Source: Vampirovibrionaceae bacterium NZW_1234
GTDB taxonomy: Bacteria > Cyanobacteriota > Vampirovibrionia > Vampirovibrionales > JAGQHJ01
Length of the DNA stretch: 64,000 nucleotides
Assembly (NCBI GenBank): GCA_041697335.1
Contig: JBGUGD010000016.1
Span: 64,001-128,000 of the forward strand
Reading direction: 5' to 3'
The position numbers and the translations under genes are program-made. This document shows, piece by piece, positions 1 to 10,059 of the stretch (within the stretch, counting starts at the first letter, position 1; each line of letters begins with the position of its first letter). The notes under the pieces are model-generated. The model was not told the origin of the DNA, did no database searches, and worked only from the letters and a program-made list of their open reading frames with translations.

Positions 1-1095
1 GCCCCAGCCTTCAATAAAGAAGATGTTTCTCGGCGTCAGCTCCAGAACCCGGCTCATGGTGCGATGACTGGGATTGGCCTCATCCAGGCGGACCCGATCA
101 TCATGGACATGCTGCAAATGATGTCCCGGAAACGCTTCATGGATCACCACCGGCGGAATAAAGCCATAATTATGAGCCCGAAGCTGCTCCTCAACCTTGG
201 CCGGATCGTCATCGACCACAGTGGTCACCATAAAGGTCCCTCGCCCACCGGGACGACCAATGTAGGCGGCGTAGGGAATACTTCCCCGATAGAAATCCGG
301 AGTCTCAATCACCTCTAATCTATCCGGTGGCAATGAAATAAGGTCCTTGTCTTTCAAAAATCCTTTGGCTTTAGCCACTTCGGCCCGATAGGTATCCAGC
401 AACTCGTCTTTTTTGGGATGATGCTTGCGCAGATCCCGATAAATCTCTCGCCAATCTTTTTTCGCATCGATTTGGGCGGCAAGTCGTTTCATCTCCGCTT
501 CAATGGCCTCAAACTGGCGCCAAGCCACCCGGGTGAGGCCTTCACTATCCAGGTTGATGAAGTTTTCGAGTCGGAGCATGGCATCATATCGACGCTTGCC
601 AATACCGCCTTGCACCAAGACCTTGGGCAATGGCGTCTTAAGGGGCTGTGTCAACAGGTAATCCAAGCCATGCCCATTCAGTGGCGTTCTGTCTACGCCC
701 AACCGCCGCAACGTCACCGTCTCGTCCCGGTCGAACACTTCCCGTTGCAAATGATGATCAAACAGCATATGAAGGCCTTGGTAGGTGGGTTCCAGGGCTT
801 GAGCCGGAATCTCAGCCAAGCGGCGTTGAAATTGCTTCAAGGCCTCCACGGTCCCAGGAGACTCATTGAAATAGCGCTCCACCAATTGGTCAAATCGGGC
901 GTTTGCACCCCCCGGAGCGGCCTCTGACGCCACCGCTCGGGTGCCCAAGAACTGATCTGCCCCAACGCTCATGGCCAAGACCCCGCCGGCCCCTTTCATC
1001 ACATCTTGCAAAAATTGGCGTCGACTGGTCGGGTTTGGTTCCCTCTGCTGACCGAAGCGAGGGCTGACGCCACCCATAGGCATATTGGTTCTCAT
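1..1095 (-). CDS. DUF885-family protein with Tat-like signal, 3' end truncated by the window edge (absent from the ORF track)
   Basis: Manual translation from ATG 1095 (RBS AAGGGG) is open to position 1: MRTNMPMGGVSPRFG...TSRRQFLQDVMKGAGGVLAMSV...VIHEAFPGHHLQH...FFIEGWG. HExxPGHHLQ and EGW are DUF885 hallmarks. Confidence 0.85.
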   Translation of the reverse strand, partial: MRTNMPMGGVSPRFGQQREPNPTSRRQFLQDVMKGAGGVLAMSVGADQFLGTRAVASEAAPGGANARFDQLVERYFNESPGTVEALKQFQRRLAEIPAQALEPTYQGLHMLFDHHLQREVFDRDETVTLRRLGVDRTPLNGHGLDYLLTQPLKTPLPKVLVQGGIGKRRYDAMLRLENFINLDSEGLTRVAWRQFEAIEAEMKRLAAQIDAKKDWREIYRDLRKHHPKKDELLDTYRAEVAKAKGFLKDKDLISLPPDRLEVIETPDFYRGSIPYAAYIGRPGGRGTFMVTTVVDDDPAKVEEQLRAHNYGFIPPVVIHEAFPGHHLQHVHDDRVRLDEANPSHRTMSRVLELTPRNIFFIEGWG

Positions 1096-1241
1096 CGGTG
1101 TTTCCCCTTAATTCCTCACTCGAAACACGCCCCGACCCAAGCGCGAGGCCATTCATTTGTTTTTAAAAACTTATGATATTATATCCAGCCCCCAATGCAA
1201 GCCCGGATTTTCGAAGCAAATGATAATGAACCTGGTATTGG

Positions 1242-3479
1242 TTAGTTCAGAGCAGAGAGGCGTTCTTTGGCGTACTTGATAAAGTCGTCCTCAGGCTGAT
1301 CCTTCATCATGGTGACAAACTGGTCATACCATTTTCGGGCTTCGGCTTTATTGCCCTGGGTATCCAAGACCACGGCCAAGGCATAGACAGCATCCACTTG
1401 CTGTGGATCCAACTCAATAGCCTTTTCATAAGCCGCCTTGGCCAACGTCAGCTTTTTCTGGGCATCATAGATCAGGCCTTTGTAATAATAGGCATGGGCA
1501 TTTTGACTGTCGGCCTTCAAGACTTGATCGACTTGCTGCAAGGCTTTGACATAATTTTTCGCATCATAAGAGGCCATCACCTGACTGAGCTGATCGTCGA
1601 CATCGGCTTTGACAATATCATCCAGCGCTTGCCGCGCCTGGGTCAAAGAAGGATCCAGGGACAAAGCCTTCTCATAGAGTTTCTTCGCTTCATCCAACTG
1701 GTTCTGTTGGTCGAAGACTGTGGCCTTGTAATAGTAATACGTCCCGTTTTGGGGTGAGAGGGCAATGGCCTTGTCATAGGCCGATTGGGCCTGACTAAAG
1801 CGCTTGAGCCCCTGTAAAGATAAGCCATAATTGGCATACAAATCAGGGTTTTTGGTCTCGGTTTTCAGCGCTTTTTCGTATTCTTGAACAGCTTGGGCGT
1901 AGTTCCCCTGACTCTGTAAAGTTGCTGCCTGCTGAATGGCCTTACTGCCCTTTTGCTGCTCCAGCGATGCCGCCAAGGCATGAACTTCCTCCAAATCCGG
2001 ATTCAGGCTAACCGCTTTTTTCAACGAACTGACCGCCTGATCTTCCTTCCCTAAAGCATGATATGCCGCACCCATATTGGCAAAGGCTTCGGCCATATCC
2101 GGTTTTATCCCCACCGCTTTTTGGTAATAGCGAACAGCGGCCTCATAGTCTTTTTGTTCATGCAAGGCTAAACCGGCTTGGTACTGAATGGCCGCATCTG
2201 CGGGGTAGGCATCGGCATACTGCTGCCAACCAGATTTGATCTTTTCGGTATCGCCCTGGTTTTTATAGACCGTCAGCAACTGCTCAAACACCTGCTTTTT
2301 GTCAGTCCCCCGTTGCATGGCTTGTTGCAAAGCCTGCTCTGCTTCTTGGGCTTTGCCTTGCTGTTTAAGAATATCGGCCTTATACAACCAGACCTGCGCG
2401 TTACCCGGGTTCTGCTGCAACAGGGCATTGTAAACCACCAAGGCCTGATCCAGCTCGCCTTTGGCCTGGTGTAAGGTGCCCATATTGAGCTTAATCAGCG
2501 GGTTGTTGGGCGACAAGCGTTCGGCAACCTGATACTGAGATAGCGCCTGATCATACCGGCCCATTTGTTGATAAACAGCCCCCAAATTCAACTGGGCAGA
2601 CATGTTTCTGGGGTTCAAGGTTAACTCTTTTTTCCAGACCTGCTCCAGAGCCAGGAGAGCGTCCTTGTTCTTGGCATTCAGAGCAAGAGCACGGTTATAG
2701 GCCTCCACGGCTTTTTCCGGATTCTGGTTTTTCACCTGGGCGGTTCCCAGCTTGACCCAAAGCTCCTCACTTGGCGCATTTGTACTGTCAATGGCCTTCT
2801 GATAAGCAACTACAGCCTTATCGGGCTTTTGGCGCACGGTGTAAATATCCCCTTGGGCCGTCCAGGCCTCGGCATGATTGGGCTTCAAGCGCGTGACCCA
2901 AGCGTACTCCACCATGGCCTCCAGCAAGTTGCCTTTACGGCGCAGATCCCAAGCCGTTTTTAAATGCCCGCTGGCATCTGCCGGGTTCTGCTTCAGGCTT
3001 TTCATGGCATTTTCAATGTTATCCCGGAGGATATTGATGTTTTCTTGCGTACCAGGCTTTCGCTCCTGGTTCTGAGGCCATTCATGCTCCAGGTAATACA
3101 GCCCCATCCGGTAATCAGCAATGGCCTTAGCAAAATCCTTCTTCTCGTTATGGGCTTTAACGCCACGCTGGATATAGCATACCGCCAGGTTATTCAGAAC
3201 GGCTGTGTTGTCGGGAGCCAACTGCCAGGCCTTGGTCATCAGATCAATGGCACGGGTATAGTCCTTGGCACGATAAGCCTCCATGGCTTGATCCGAATAG
3301 TGAATATAATACTCATTGGGCTGGGTATCATCCTCATAGCCCTGCTGCTCATAAGAGGCCGGCGGCTGTTCGGCGGTTTGGGCCAATGTCGGCAAGCTCA
3401 AGGCTTGAAGCACCAACAATGTTGTTGCTACCCCCAAAGCCGGGTAGTTGAGTGCATGGAATCCGAAACATCGCGCCAT
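1242..3479 (-). CDS. Exported multi-TPR-repeat protein
   Basis: Many TPR consensus units (e.g. AWTAQGDIY...KAVVAYQKAI, AYYYKGLIY...AYEKAIELDP); hydrophobic N-terminal signal ending near TLA-Q; start refined to ATG 3479 after AGAGGG. Confidence 0.85.
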   Translation of the reverse strand: MARCFGFHALNYPALGVATTLLVLQALSLPTLAQTAEQPPASYEQQGYEDDTQPNEYYIHYSDQAMEAYRAKDYTRAIDLMTKAWQLAPDNTAVLNNLAVCYIQRGVKAHNEKKDFAKAIADYRMGLYYLEHEWPQNQERKPGTQENINILRDNIENAMKSLKQNPADASGHLKTAWDLRRKGNLLEAMVEYAWVTRLKPNHAEAWTAQGDIYTVRQKPDKAVVAYQKAIDSTNAPSEELWVKLGTAQVKNQNPEKAVEAYNRALALNAKNKDALLALEQVWKKELTLNPRNMSAQLNLGAVYQQMGRYDQALSQYQVAERLSPNNPLIKLNMGTLHQAKGELDQALVVYNALLQQNPGNAQVWLYKADILKQQGKAQEAEQALQQAMQRGTDKKQVFEQLLTVYKNQGDTEKIKSGWQQYADAYPADAAIQYQAGLALHEQKDYEAAVRYYQKAVGIKPDMAEAFANMGAAYHALGKEDQAVSSLKKAVSLNPDLEEVHALAASLEQQKGSKAIQQAATLQSQGNYAQAVQEYEKALKTETKNPDLYANYGLSLQGLKRFSQAQSAYDKAIALSPQNGTYYYYKATVFDQQNQLDEAKKLYEKALSLDPSLTQARQALDDIVKADVDDQLSQVMASYDAKNYVKALQQVDQVLKADSQNAHAYYYKGLIYDAQKKLTLAKAAYEKAIELDPQQVDAVYALAVVLDTQGNKAEARKWYDQFVTMMKDQPEDDFIKYAKERLSALN

Positions 3480-3511
3480 TGGCAAATCCCTCTCTATCAA
3501 ACACTAAGTCA

Positions 3512-3952
3512 CTAAAACGGCAGGTTATTTTCAACGTAGGCCAGCTTCCATCCGCCCCGTTCTTGCACCATCGGCAGACCAATTTCTCGGACTTGGCCAT
3601 TGGGATATTTCAATGTTACCTTAACGATGGCCTTGTTTCCCTTCACCGAGTCGACACTAAAATAGCCCAAGCGATAAAGCTCGTTGGCCCCGCTGGCAAA
3701 AAAGAACCGCCGCCAAAAAAACTTCAACAACATCGTATCATTTCGCTCAAACATCAGTTTGATTTCCTTGAGACCCAGCTGTGCCGCTTTAGCCGCTTCG
3801 GCATTGCGGTTAAACAGATCGTGCAGAGCCCATTCGGCAAACTTGTTTTGAGACGCGGTCGAAAAGATACTCCAGGAAATATGACATTGACTCTCCATAA
3901 GGGAGGCATAAAACTGACGAGCCGAGCGATCCGGCGGCAGCTTCTGAGCCAT
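3512..3952 (-). CDS. Hypothetical protein with NTF2-like (DUF4878-like) C-terminal pattern
   Basis: 146 aa ORF; C-terminal KAIVKVTLKYPNG...LPMVQERGGWKL resembles NTF2-like folds; co-oriented just upstream of the TPR gene. Confidence 0.6.
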   Translation of the reverse strand: MAQKLPPDRSARQFYASLMESQCHISWSIFSTASQNKFAEWALHDLFNRNAEAAKAAQLGLKEIKLMFERNDTMLLKFFWRRFFFASGANELYRLGYFSVDSVKGNKAIVKVTLKYPNGQVREIGLPMVQERGGWKLAYVENNLPF

Positions 3953-4080
3953 GAGCGAATCCTTAGAGACAAGCGACGTTACCTATGTCTTCATTATACC
4001 GGCCAAGTCCTCCACGGGATCATGCAGGCAAGGGAGGTTCCGGGCGCAATATCAAGGGGGGGTGTACTCGCCATGACGAA

Positions 4081-4109
4081 CGGCAAGGATGATTGTTCCA
4101 TCCTTGCCG
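4081..4109 (-). terminator. Terminator-like hairpin downstream of the 60-aa ORF
   Basis: Perfect 11-bp stem CGGCAAGGATG-N7-CATCCTTGCCG; the U-tract is weak. Confidence 0.55.
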
Positions 4110-4139
4110 AAATGTCTTTGATTTGACAGCTGATGTCGT

Positions 4140-4322
4140 TTATCCAGCCGCTCTTGAACTGGCGTTGAAACGACTTAAATCCACAGAAATTTGGCTGGCC
4201 CGCCAATTCTGGTAAGCAATCATGGTTAACGGTTGCATTTCTGAATCCCGGTTGATCCGACCCAGATCAAAATTCCCATAATGGGCTTGGGACGGGCGGG
4301 CTAATAAGGCTGTATTCGACAT
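4140..4322 (-). CDS. Small hypothetical protein (60 aa)
   Basis: ATG start with purine-rich upstream sequence (GAGGGATAAAGAGAAG), AT-rich upstream region and a downstream hairpin. Confidence 0.5.
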   Translation of the reverse strand: MSNTALLARPSQAHYGNFDLGRINRDSEMQPLTMIAYQNWRASQISVDLSRFNASSRAAG

Positions 4323-4465
4323 CTTCTCTTTATCCCTCTATCTTCGCTGGACCCCCGAATTGGATCCCCATACATACGATTAACTACATCTAAATAAAAC
4401 CCAAAAGATATCTATAATTTCTCTAAATTATATAAATATGAAGTTATTTTAACATCTCGTTTGGT

Positions 4466-5299
4466 TCAGGCCGACCGAAAGGCGGAAGGATCGGGTTGGG
4501 CCTGAGCCATCAGGTGTAAAAAACGACGGACCGATTCAACAGAGTCTAAACACCCTACCACCGCAGGAGCTCCAGGCGGTAACTGCTCCCCCACATAGTA
4601 GGACAGCCCCTTGGCCTCGTTAACAACAGCAAAGGCATCAAAATCAGTCACATCGTCCCCAATGTAAATTAGTCCCGGGGCTTTGGCAAAACGTGTTTTG
4701 GCCTTTTCTTGAACATGGCGCACACCATGGCCTTTGTTGAAGGCTTTAGGCAAGGCTTCAAGCAACGCCTTGCCAGGCTTTAATGAGAACAACGAAGCCA
4801 TTTGAAGACGCTCAAAACCCTGTTGAAACAAGCTTAATGCTTTTTCCGCCACGTGAGGATGGGCTTGGCGATAATGCACGGCCACGGAATGCACTTTGTC
4901 CTCAATATGCACCGCCTCTAAGGCATGCATGCCTTTATCCAGAAGGTACTCAACCAATTCCTGGGTTCTCGTTTTATACACGGCATCTGGCTGAACCAGC
5001 CATGTAGCCGTATGCATGTCGAAGACTTCGCCCCCATGCAGCCCGACCAATAAAAGGCGTTTGAATTCCAAAGAGCCAAGAAACCCCATAAGCTGGTCCA
5101 CAGAGCGACCGCTCACAATGGCCAACTGAACCTCAGGCAAAGCTGCCAAGGACTCTAACAGGGCCAACCCCTTTGCATCAATTTGCGATTCATTGAAATG
5201 GGAACACAACGGTGTCAAGGTCCCATCATAGTCCAGCATCAAGGCCCAAGGCTTATTCAAGGTCTCAATCCCGTTGTCCAAGCGCATCAAGAAACGCAC
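4466..5299 (-). CDS. otsB: Trehalose-6-phosphate phosphatase (HAD)
   Basis: LDYDGTL, IVSGR, GLHGGE, NKG and IGDDVTDFDAF motifs; directly downstream of otsA. Confidence 0.93.
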   Translation of the reverse strand: MRFLMRLDNGIETLNKPWALMLDYDGTLTPLCSHFNESQIDAKGLALLESLAALPEVQLAIVSGRSVDQLMGFLGSLEFKRLLLVGLHGGEVFDMHTATWLVQPDAVYKTRTQELVEYLLDKGMHALEAVHIEDKVHSVAVHYRQAHPHVAEKALSLFQQGFERLQMASLFSLKPGKALLEALPKAFNKGHGVRHVQEKAKTRFAKAPGLIYIGDDVTDFDAFAVVNEAKGLSYYVGEQLPPGAPAVVGCLDSVESVRRFLHLMAQAQPDPSAFRSA

Positions 5300-6746
5300 C
5301 TACATACTGCAATAACCACGCTTCAATATTATCACGGGCAATGCCTTCACGAAGCGACTTCATCCGCCGTTGACGCTCTCGGGGAGATTCATTGAGGACA
5401 TTATAAATGGTCTGCACTACCTGAGGGTGATCGTAGGGATTCACCAGATAGCTTTCCGTCAGTTGATACGCTGCCCCGGTCATTTCGCTTAAGATCAAGG
5501 CCCCCGATTCATCGGGACGAGCAGCACAGTACTCTTTAGCCACCAAATTCATGCCATCGCGTAAGGGATTTACCAAGGCAAAGTCAGCCGCCTTGTAGTA
5601 GGCCACCAATTCTTCCATAGGGTAGCCCCGATAAAAATAATGAATCGGGACCCACCCATCCTCGCTAAACATGCCATTAATGCGTCCCACCGCTTCATCA
5701 ATATCCTGCTTCATGCGTTGATATTCCGGTACTTCCATACGACTGGGTACGGCCACCTGCACAAACACCAGTCTTCTTCGATATTGTGGAAAGCGTTTAA
5801 AGAAAAGCGCAATACATTCCAGGCGTTCAAGAATCCCCTTGGTATAATCCAGGCGATCCACCCCAAGTCCGACAAACTCGGCAGGCTGTAAGGCTTGTCG
5901 TATCTGAAGAGCCGCCTCATCCACCGAAGATTGCAGTGCCAGCGCATTAACAGCATTGAAGTCAATACTAATCGGAAAGGCCTGAACACGAATGGTACGC
6001 CCCTGATAGTTCAGCGTCTGATCATCCAGTACTTTCACCTCGCCTGCAAGGATAAACTCAGCACATTCCATAAAATAACGAGCATAAAGCGGCGTATGAA
6101 AGCCAATTAAGTCACTGCCCAGAATTCCTTGGAGAATCTCACGCCGCGTCGGCAAGGTGCGAAACATCTCATAATGGGGAAATGGGATATGACAGAAAAA
6201 ACCCAGATTGGCCTTGGGCTTGAATTGACGGACATATTCGGGTACCCGCATGAGGTGGTAATCCTGAACCCAAATCAGGTCTTCTGGCCCAGCATTCTCG
6301 GCAACGGCCCGGGCAAACTTGTAGTTCACCATGGTGTAATGTTTCCAGTCCTCTTCACTAAAGGCATGCCGGAACGGGAAATAGTGAAATAAGGGCCAAA
6401 GCTGCTGATTGGCAAACCCGAAGTAATAATGCTGAATCTCTTCACTCGATAATCGAACCGCCTGGATCCGATAGGGCAGCGCGACGCGATTTAATTCAGC
6501 CAAGCGACACAGATCATTGAAATCACAACCCTGCTCCTGAGTCCCACTCCAACAGATCCAAAGACCATTTGACTGCTGTAGCACCGTATCCAAGGCAGAG
6601 ACCAGGCCGCCTGTGGTTTTTTCCAACGTTAAGTTGGTGTTATGGCGCTTGATTTGGTAAGGCTCGCGATTAGACACCACAATTAATTGACGCCCATTCA
6701 GGAGTGTCAATACATCGGCGGCAAATGATTCAACTGAAATACCCAA
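5265..6746 (-). CDS. otsA: Trehalose-6-phosphate synthase (GT20)
   Basis: [35 protein letters not shown] and [10 protein letters not shown] motifs; TTG start with GGAGG RBS. Confidence 0.96.
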   Translation of the reverse strand: MGISVESFAADVLTLLNGRQLIVVSNREPYQIKRHNTNLTLEKTTGGLVSALDTVLQQSNGLWICWSGTQEQGCDFNDLCRLAELNRVALPYRIQAVRLSSEEIQHYYFGFANQQLWPLFHYFPFRHAFSEEDWKHYTMVNYKFARAVAENAGPEDLIWVQDYHLMRVPEYVRQFKPKANLGFFCHIPFPHYEMFRTLPTRREILQGILGSDLIGFHTPLYARYFMECAEFILAGEVKVLDDQTLNYQGRTIRVQAFPISIDFNAVNALALQSSVDEAALQIRQALQPAEFVGLGVDRLDYTKGILERLECIALFFKRFPQYRRRLVFVQVAVPSRMEVPEYQRMKQDIDEAVGRINGMFSEDGWVPIHYFYRGYPMEELVAYYKAADFALVNPLRDGMNLVAKEYCAARPDESGALILSEMTGAAYQLTESYLVNPYDHPQVVQTIYNVLNESPRERQRRMKSLREGIARDNIEAWLLQYVGAFLDALGQRD

Positions 6747-6762
6747 GCGAGTAGACCCTCCC

Positions 6763-8574
6763 TTACGCCCAGTACACGTTATGATTATTCAATCGCATGG
6801 CGGTATTGATAATCGCCACATGGGTATACCCTTGGGGAAAATTTCCGGTTTGTTCCCCAGTCTTGGGATCAATGTCTTCAGAAAACAAGCCCAAATGATT
6901 GGCATACTGCAGGATATTGTCAAAGTAATACTGGGCCTTTTTATTCTCTCCGGCTTGAGCCAGCGCATCGATCATCCAAAACGTACAGATGGTAAACGCA
7001 TTCTTGGGACAGCCAAAGTCATCCTCGTTGGTGTAGCGAAACGCCAACCCGTTGTCCATAAGTCGGCGTTCGCTTTCCAAAATGGTGCTCTTCATTCGCG
7101 GGTCTTTGGCCGAGATAAAGCCATAAACCGGCATTAACAAGGTACTGGCATCCAGATGAGGTGAACCATAGGATTGCGTAAATGCTTGCACTGACGGATT
7201 CCAGGCCTGGGATAAAATATCTGTCCGCATCCATTGACGCATCTGAGCCCAGCGCTTTGCCTCTGGCTTCGATAAATGCTTTGCAATACGAACGCCACGA
7301 TCCACCCCTACCCAACACATCAGCTTCGAGAAGGTGTAATGACGCCGAGCATTGCGAAACTCCCAAATACCATTGTCTTCTTCCGGGAATTTATCAATGG
7401 CCAGCTCCACCAAATGCAAGATAATCTGCCATAGGGTCTCCATATCCTCTCGCACAATGCGCTGATCAAAGAACATCGGGTATAACGCCTGCACCAGCTC
7501 CCCATAAATGTCATTTTGAAAGTGTGTTGTTGCTCCGTTACCGATACGAACCGGAGGACTATCAGCAAAGCCACGCCAATGGTCCAAAAACTCCTCATCC
7601 GGAACAGGACGCCCATGGATTGAATACAACGGTCTCAAATGTTCCAACATAGGCTCCTGGCCTTCGGTCAGGCGTGGCATCAGGATACTTTTTAAATACC
7701 CAATAAAGCCTTCCAATTCTTCAAATTGAGACAATTTCATCAAGGCATTCACAATAAAGTAGGAATCCCGAAGCCAGCAAAACCGGTAATCCCAATTGCG
7801 AGGTTCACCCACAATTTCAGGAATACTGGTTGTAGGGGCCGCAATAATGGCCCCCGTGTCTTCATAAACCAATAATTTCAGAGTCAAGGCAGAGCGGATA
7901 AGTTCACTTTGATAACTGGGGGGCAAATAGCAGTGCTTGACCCAATTGCGCCAAAACCGCGTTGTTCGACGAAACTGCTCTAAAACGTATTCAGCGCCGA
8001 CATTGGGTAAGGGGCTTTGATAGGAAAGGACGAAGTAAGTTCCTTGGGGCAGCAGGACTGGTTCTTGACGTAAAATAGCCTCAAGATCGATATTGGAGTA
8101 CAAGTATATCCGTTTGTCGCCACATGAGGCCACAATTGCGCCCTCTTCCTGCGAGAGAACGGTCTCCCCTCGCCCATAATTCATACGCGGTTGAAAGATG
8201 ATTGTCGCTTTTGGCTCGCCATGAGTGACTTCCACCAATCGATGAATTTCCATGGGTTTATACATCCCATCCGTCAAATGATAGCGAGGCATAAAATCGA
8301 TGAGGTTGAAGGCGCCCTGGTGACTAAAAAATGACGTCTCCAGTATGACTGTATTCTTGAGATACGTTTGCTCTGTACCATACACATCTTGGGGTTCAAT
8401 CCGAAAGGTACCACCAACCTCTTTATCCAAAATGGCGCCGAACACTGATGGACTGTCAAACGTTGGCATACAGCACCAGTCCAGGCTTCCCTGATTGGAA
8501 ATTAAGGCATTGATTTGGCCATTGCCAATTAAGCCATAATCCAGCAACGGGCTTCTTGTTCTATCCGTGGTCAT
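6763..8574 (-). CDS. Glycoside hydrolase family 15 (trehalase/glucoamylase-like)
   Basis: YGLIGN, AAPTTSIPE, NWDYRFCWLRD, GIWE, GLFSE and GNFPQGYTH motifs. Confidence 0.92.
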   Translation of the reverse strand: MTTDRTRSPLLDYGLIGNGQINALISNQGSLDWCCMPTFDSPSVFGAILDKEVGGTFRIEPQDVYGTEQTYLKNTVILETSFFSHQGAFNLIDFMPRYHLTDGMYKPMEIHRLVEVTHGEPKATIIFQPRMNYGRGETVLSQEEGAIVASCGDKRIYLYSNIDLEAILRQEPVLLPQGTYFVLSYQSPLPNVGAEYVLEQFRRTTRFWRNWVKHCYLPPSYQSELIRSALTLKLLVYEDTGAIIAAPTTSIPEIVGEPRNWDYRFCWLRDSYFIVNALMKLSQFEELEGFIGYLKSILMPRLTEGQEPMLEHLRPLYSIHGRPVPDEEFLDHWRGFADSPPVRIGNGATTHFQNDIYGELVQALYPMFFDQRIVREDMETLWQIILHLVELAIDKFPEEDNGIWEFRNARRHYTFSKLMCWVGVDRGVRIAKHLSKPEAKRWAQMRQWMRTDILSQAWNPSVQAFTQSYGSPHLDASTLLMPVYGFISAKDPRMKSTILESERRLMDNGLAFRYTNEDDFGCPKNAFTICTFWMIDALAQAGENKKAQYYFDNILQYANHLGLFSEDIDPKTGEQTGNFPQGYTHVAIINTAMRLNNHNVYWA

Positions 8575-8998
8575 AATAGACCACACTAATACACGGCTTA
8601 ATCGCCTGTCTATGACACAAAAGGGCAGTGTTTCTAGGATTCCGACATCAGGCAGGATGCCATTTCATATCAAAAACAGTCCAGACCGGCCCTCCTCTTT
8701 AAATTAGCCAAGTGGCTGTTTTTAAAAGCGAGCCCTTCCATAAAACTAAGTCCTTGCTCCCTTCTCTCCTCTCATCAACCGAGCTTTAGGCCGAGCAACT
8801 TCCCCTGGCGCTCGTCAGCACAGTAAAATAAAGGCACAATAGAGAGGCTTAACGCAAAACCATCCTTTAGAAAAGTTAACGCAAAGGGTTTAGCGTTCCC
8901 GGTTTTTGGTATGTTAAGCATATGGACCCAACGCAATTTTTGCCCCCCTTTGGTGTTAACCATGTGTACACACAGAAACTTTGAGTGAAAGGCATGAA

Positions 8999-10006
8999 AT
9001 GGAGGATACCCCTGTGGCCGTCGAAATGCACATTCCTCAGCTGGAACGAAACCGTATGCTTGATGGAACCTGCAAAGTAAAGATTTTTACCGGACGTGCA
9101 AATCCGGAATTGGCGGAAGAAATCGCCCGGTATCTGGGGACAAGCCTCAGCCCGATTCAAATTAAGAATTTCAGTGACGGCGAAATTAATGTTAAAGTCC
9201 AAGAAAGCATCCGCGGGGATGATGTCTTCCTGATTCAACCCACCTGCAATCCTGTCAATGAAAACTTGATGGAATTGCTCATTATGATTGATGCCTTTAA
9301 GCGGGCCAGCGCGCGGACCATTAATGTGGTTCTACCCTACTATGGTTACGCTCGCCAAGATCGGAAAACTCAAGGCCGTGAAGCCATTACCGCGAAACTG
9401 GTGGCGGATCTGATCAGCACGGCAGGTCCGGATCGCATTATTGCCATGGATTTGCATACAGGTCAGCTCCAAGGCTTCTTTAACGTCAAAGTGGACCACT
9501 TGTACGCCACCCCTGTCCTGATTGACTATTTGCACCAGAAGAACTTTGATGATGTTGTTGTGGTCAGCCCGGATGCCGGGGGTGTAGAGCGGGCCCGGGT
9601 CTTTGCGAAAAAGCTTAATGCACCCATTGCCATTATCGACAAGCGCCGCTCGGGCCATAATATTGCCGAGGTCTACCACTTGATCGGGGATGTTCGCGGC
9701 AAAGATGCCATTATTGTGGACGATATGATTGACACCGCCGGGACAATCTGCGGCGGGGCTCGTATGCTTAAAGAACAAGGGGCTCGTCGCATTTTTGCTT
9801 GCGCCGCCCACCCTGTATTCAGTGGTCCGGCCCTGGAGCGTTTGGCAGAAGCCCCCATTGATGAAGTCATTGTCTCCAACAGTATTCCGCTGCGTCCGGC
9901 GGCAGAAGATGTCCCTAAGATTACTCAGTTGAGTGTGGCCCGTCTGTTAGGCGAAGCCATCGGCCGTATCCACGACGATATGTCCGTTAGCGAGATGTTT
10001 GAGTAG
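8999..10006 (+). CDS. prs: Ribose-phosphate pyrophosphokinase
   Basis: FSDGE, PYYGYARQDRK, DLHTGQLQGFF, VSPDAGG and DDMIDTAGT motifs. Confidence 0.97.
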   Translation: MEDTPVAVEMHIPQLERNRMLDGTCKVKIFTGRANPELAEEIARYLGTSLSPIQIKNFSDGEINVKVQESIRGDDVFLIQPTCNPVNENLMELLIMIDAFKRASARTINVVLPYYGYARQDRKTQGREAITAKLVADLISTAGPDRIIAMDLHTGQLQGFFNVKVDHLYATPVLIDYLHQKNFDDVVVVSPDAGGVERARVFAKKLNAPIAIIDKRRSGHNIAEVYHLIGDVRGKDAIIVDDMIDTAGTICGGARMLKEQGARRIFACAAHPVFSGPALERLAEAPIDEVIVSNSIPLRPAAEDVPKITQLSVARLLGEAIGRIHDDMSVSEMFE

Positions 10007-10059
10007 TCTTCTCAGACTGACCTGTCCCTCGAAACACGTGAATAAGCCCCTTGGCGACA

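Noticed and set aside
64..1156. ORF-track ORFs 64..318, 418..927, 648..869 and 890..1156
   Set aside because: They are shadow frames of the DUF885 gene on the minus strand (1..1095), which has clear motifs and an RBS.
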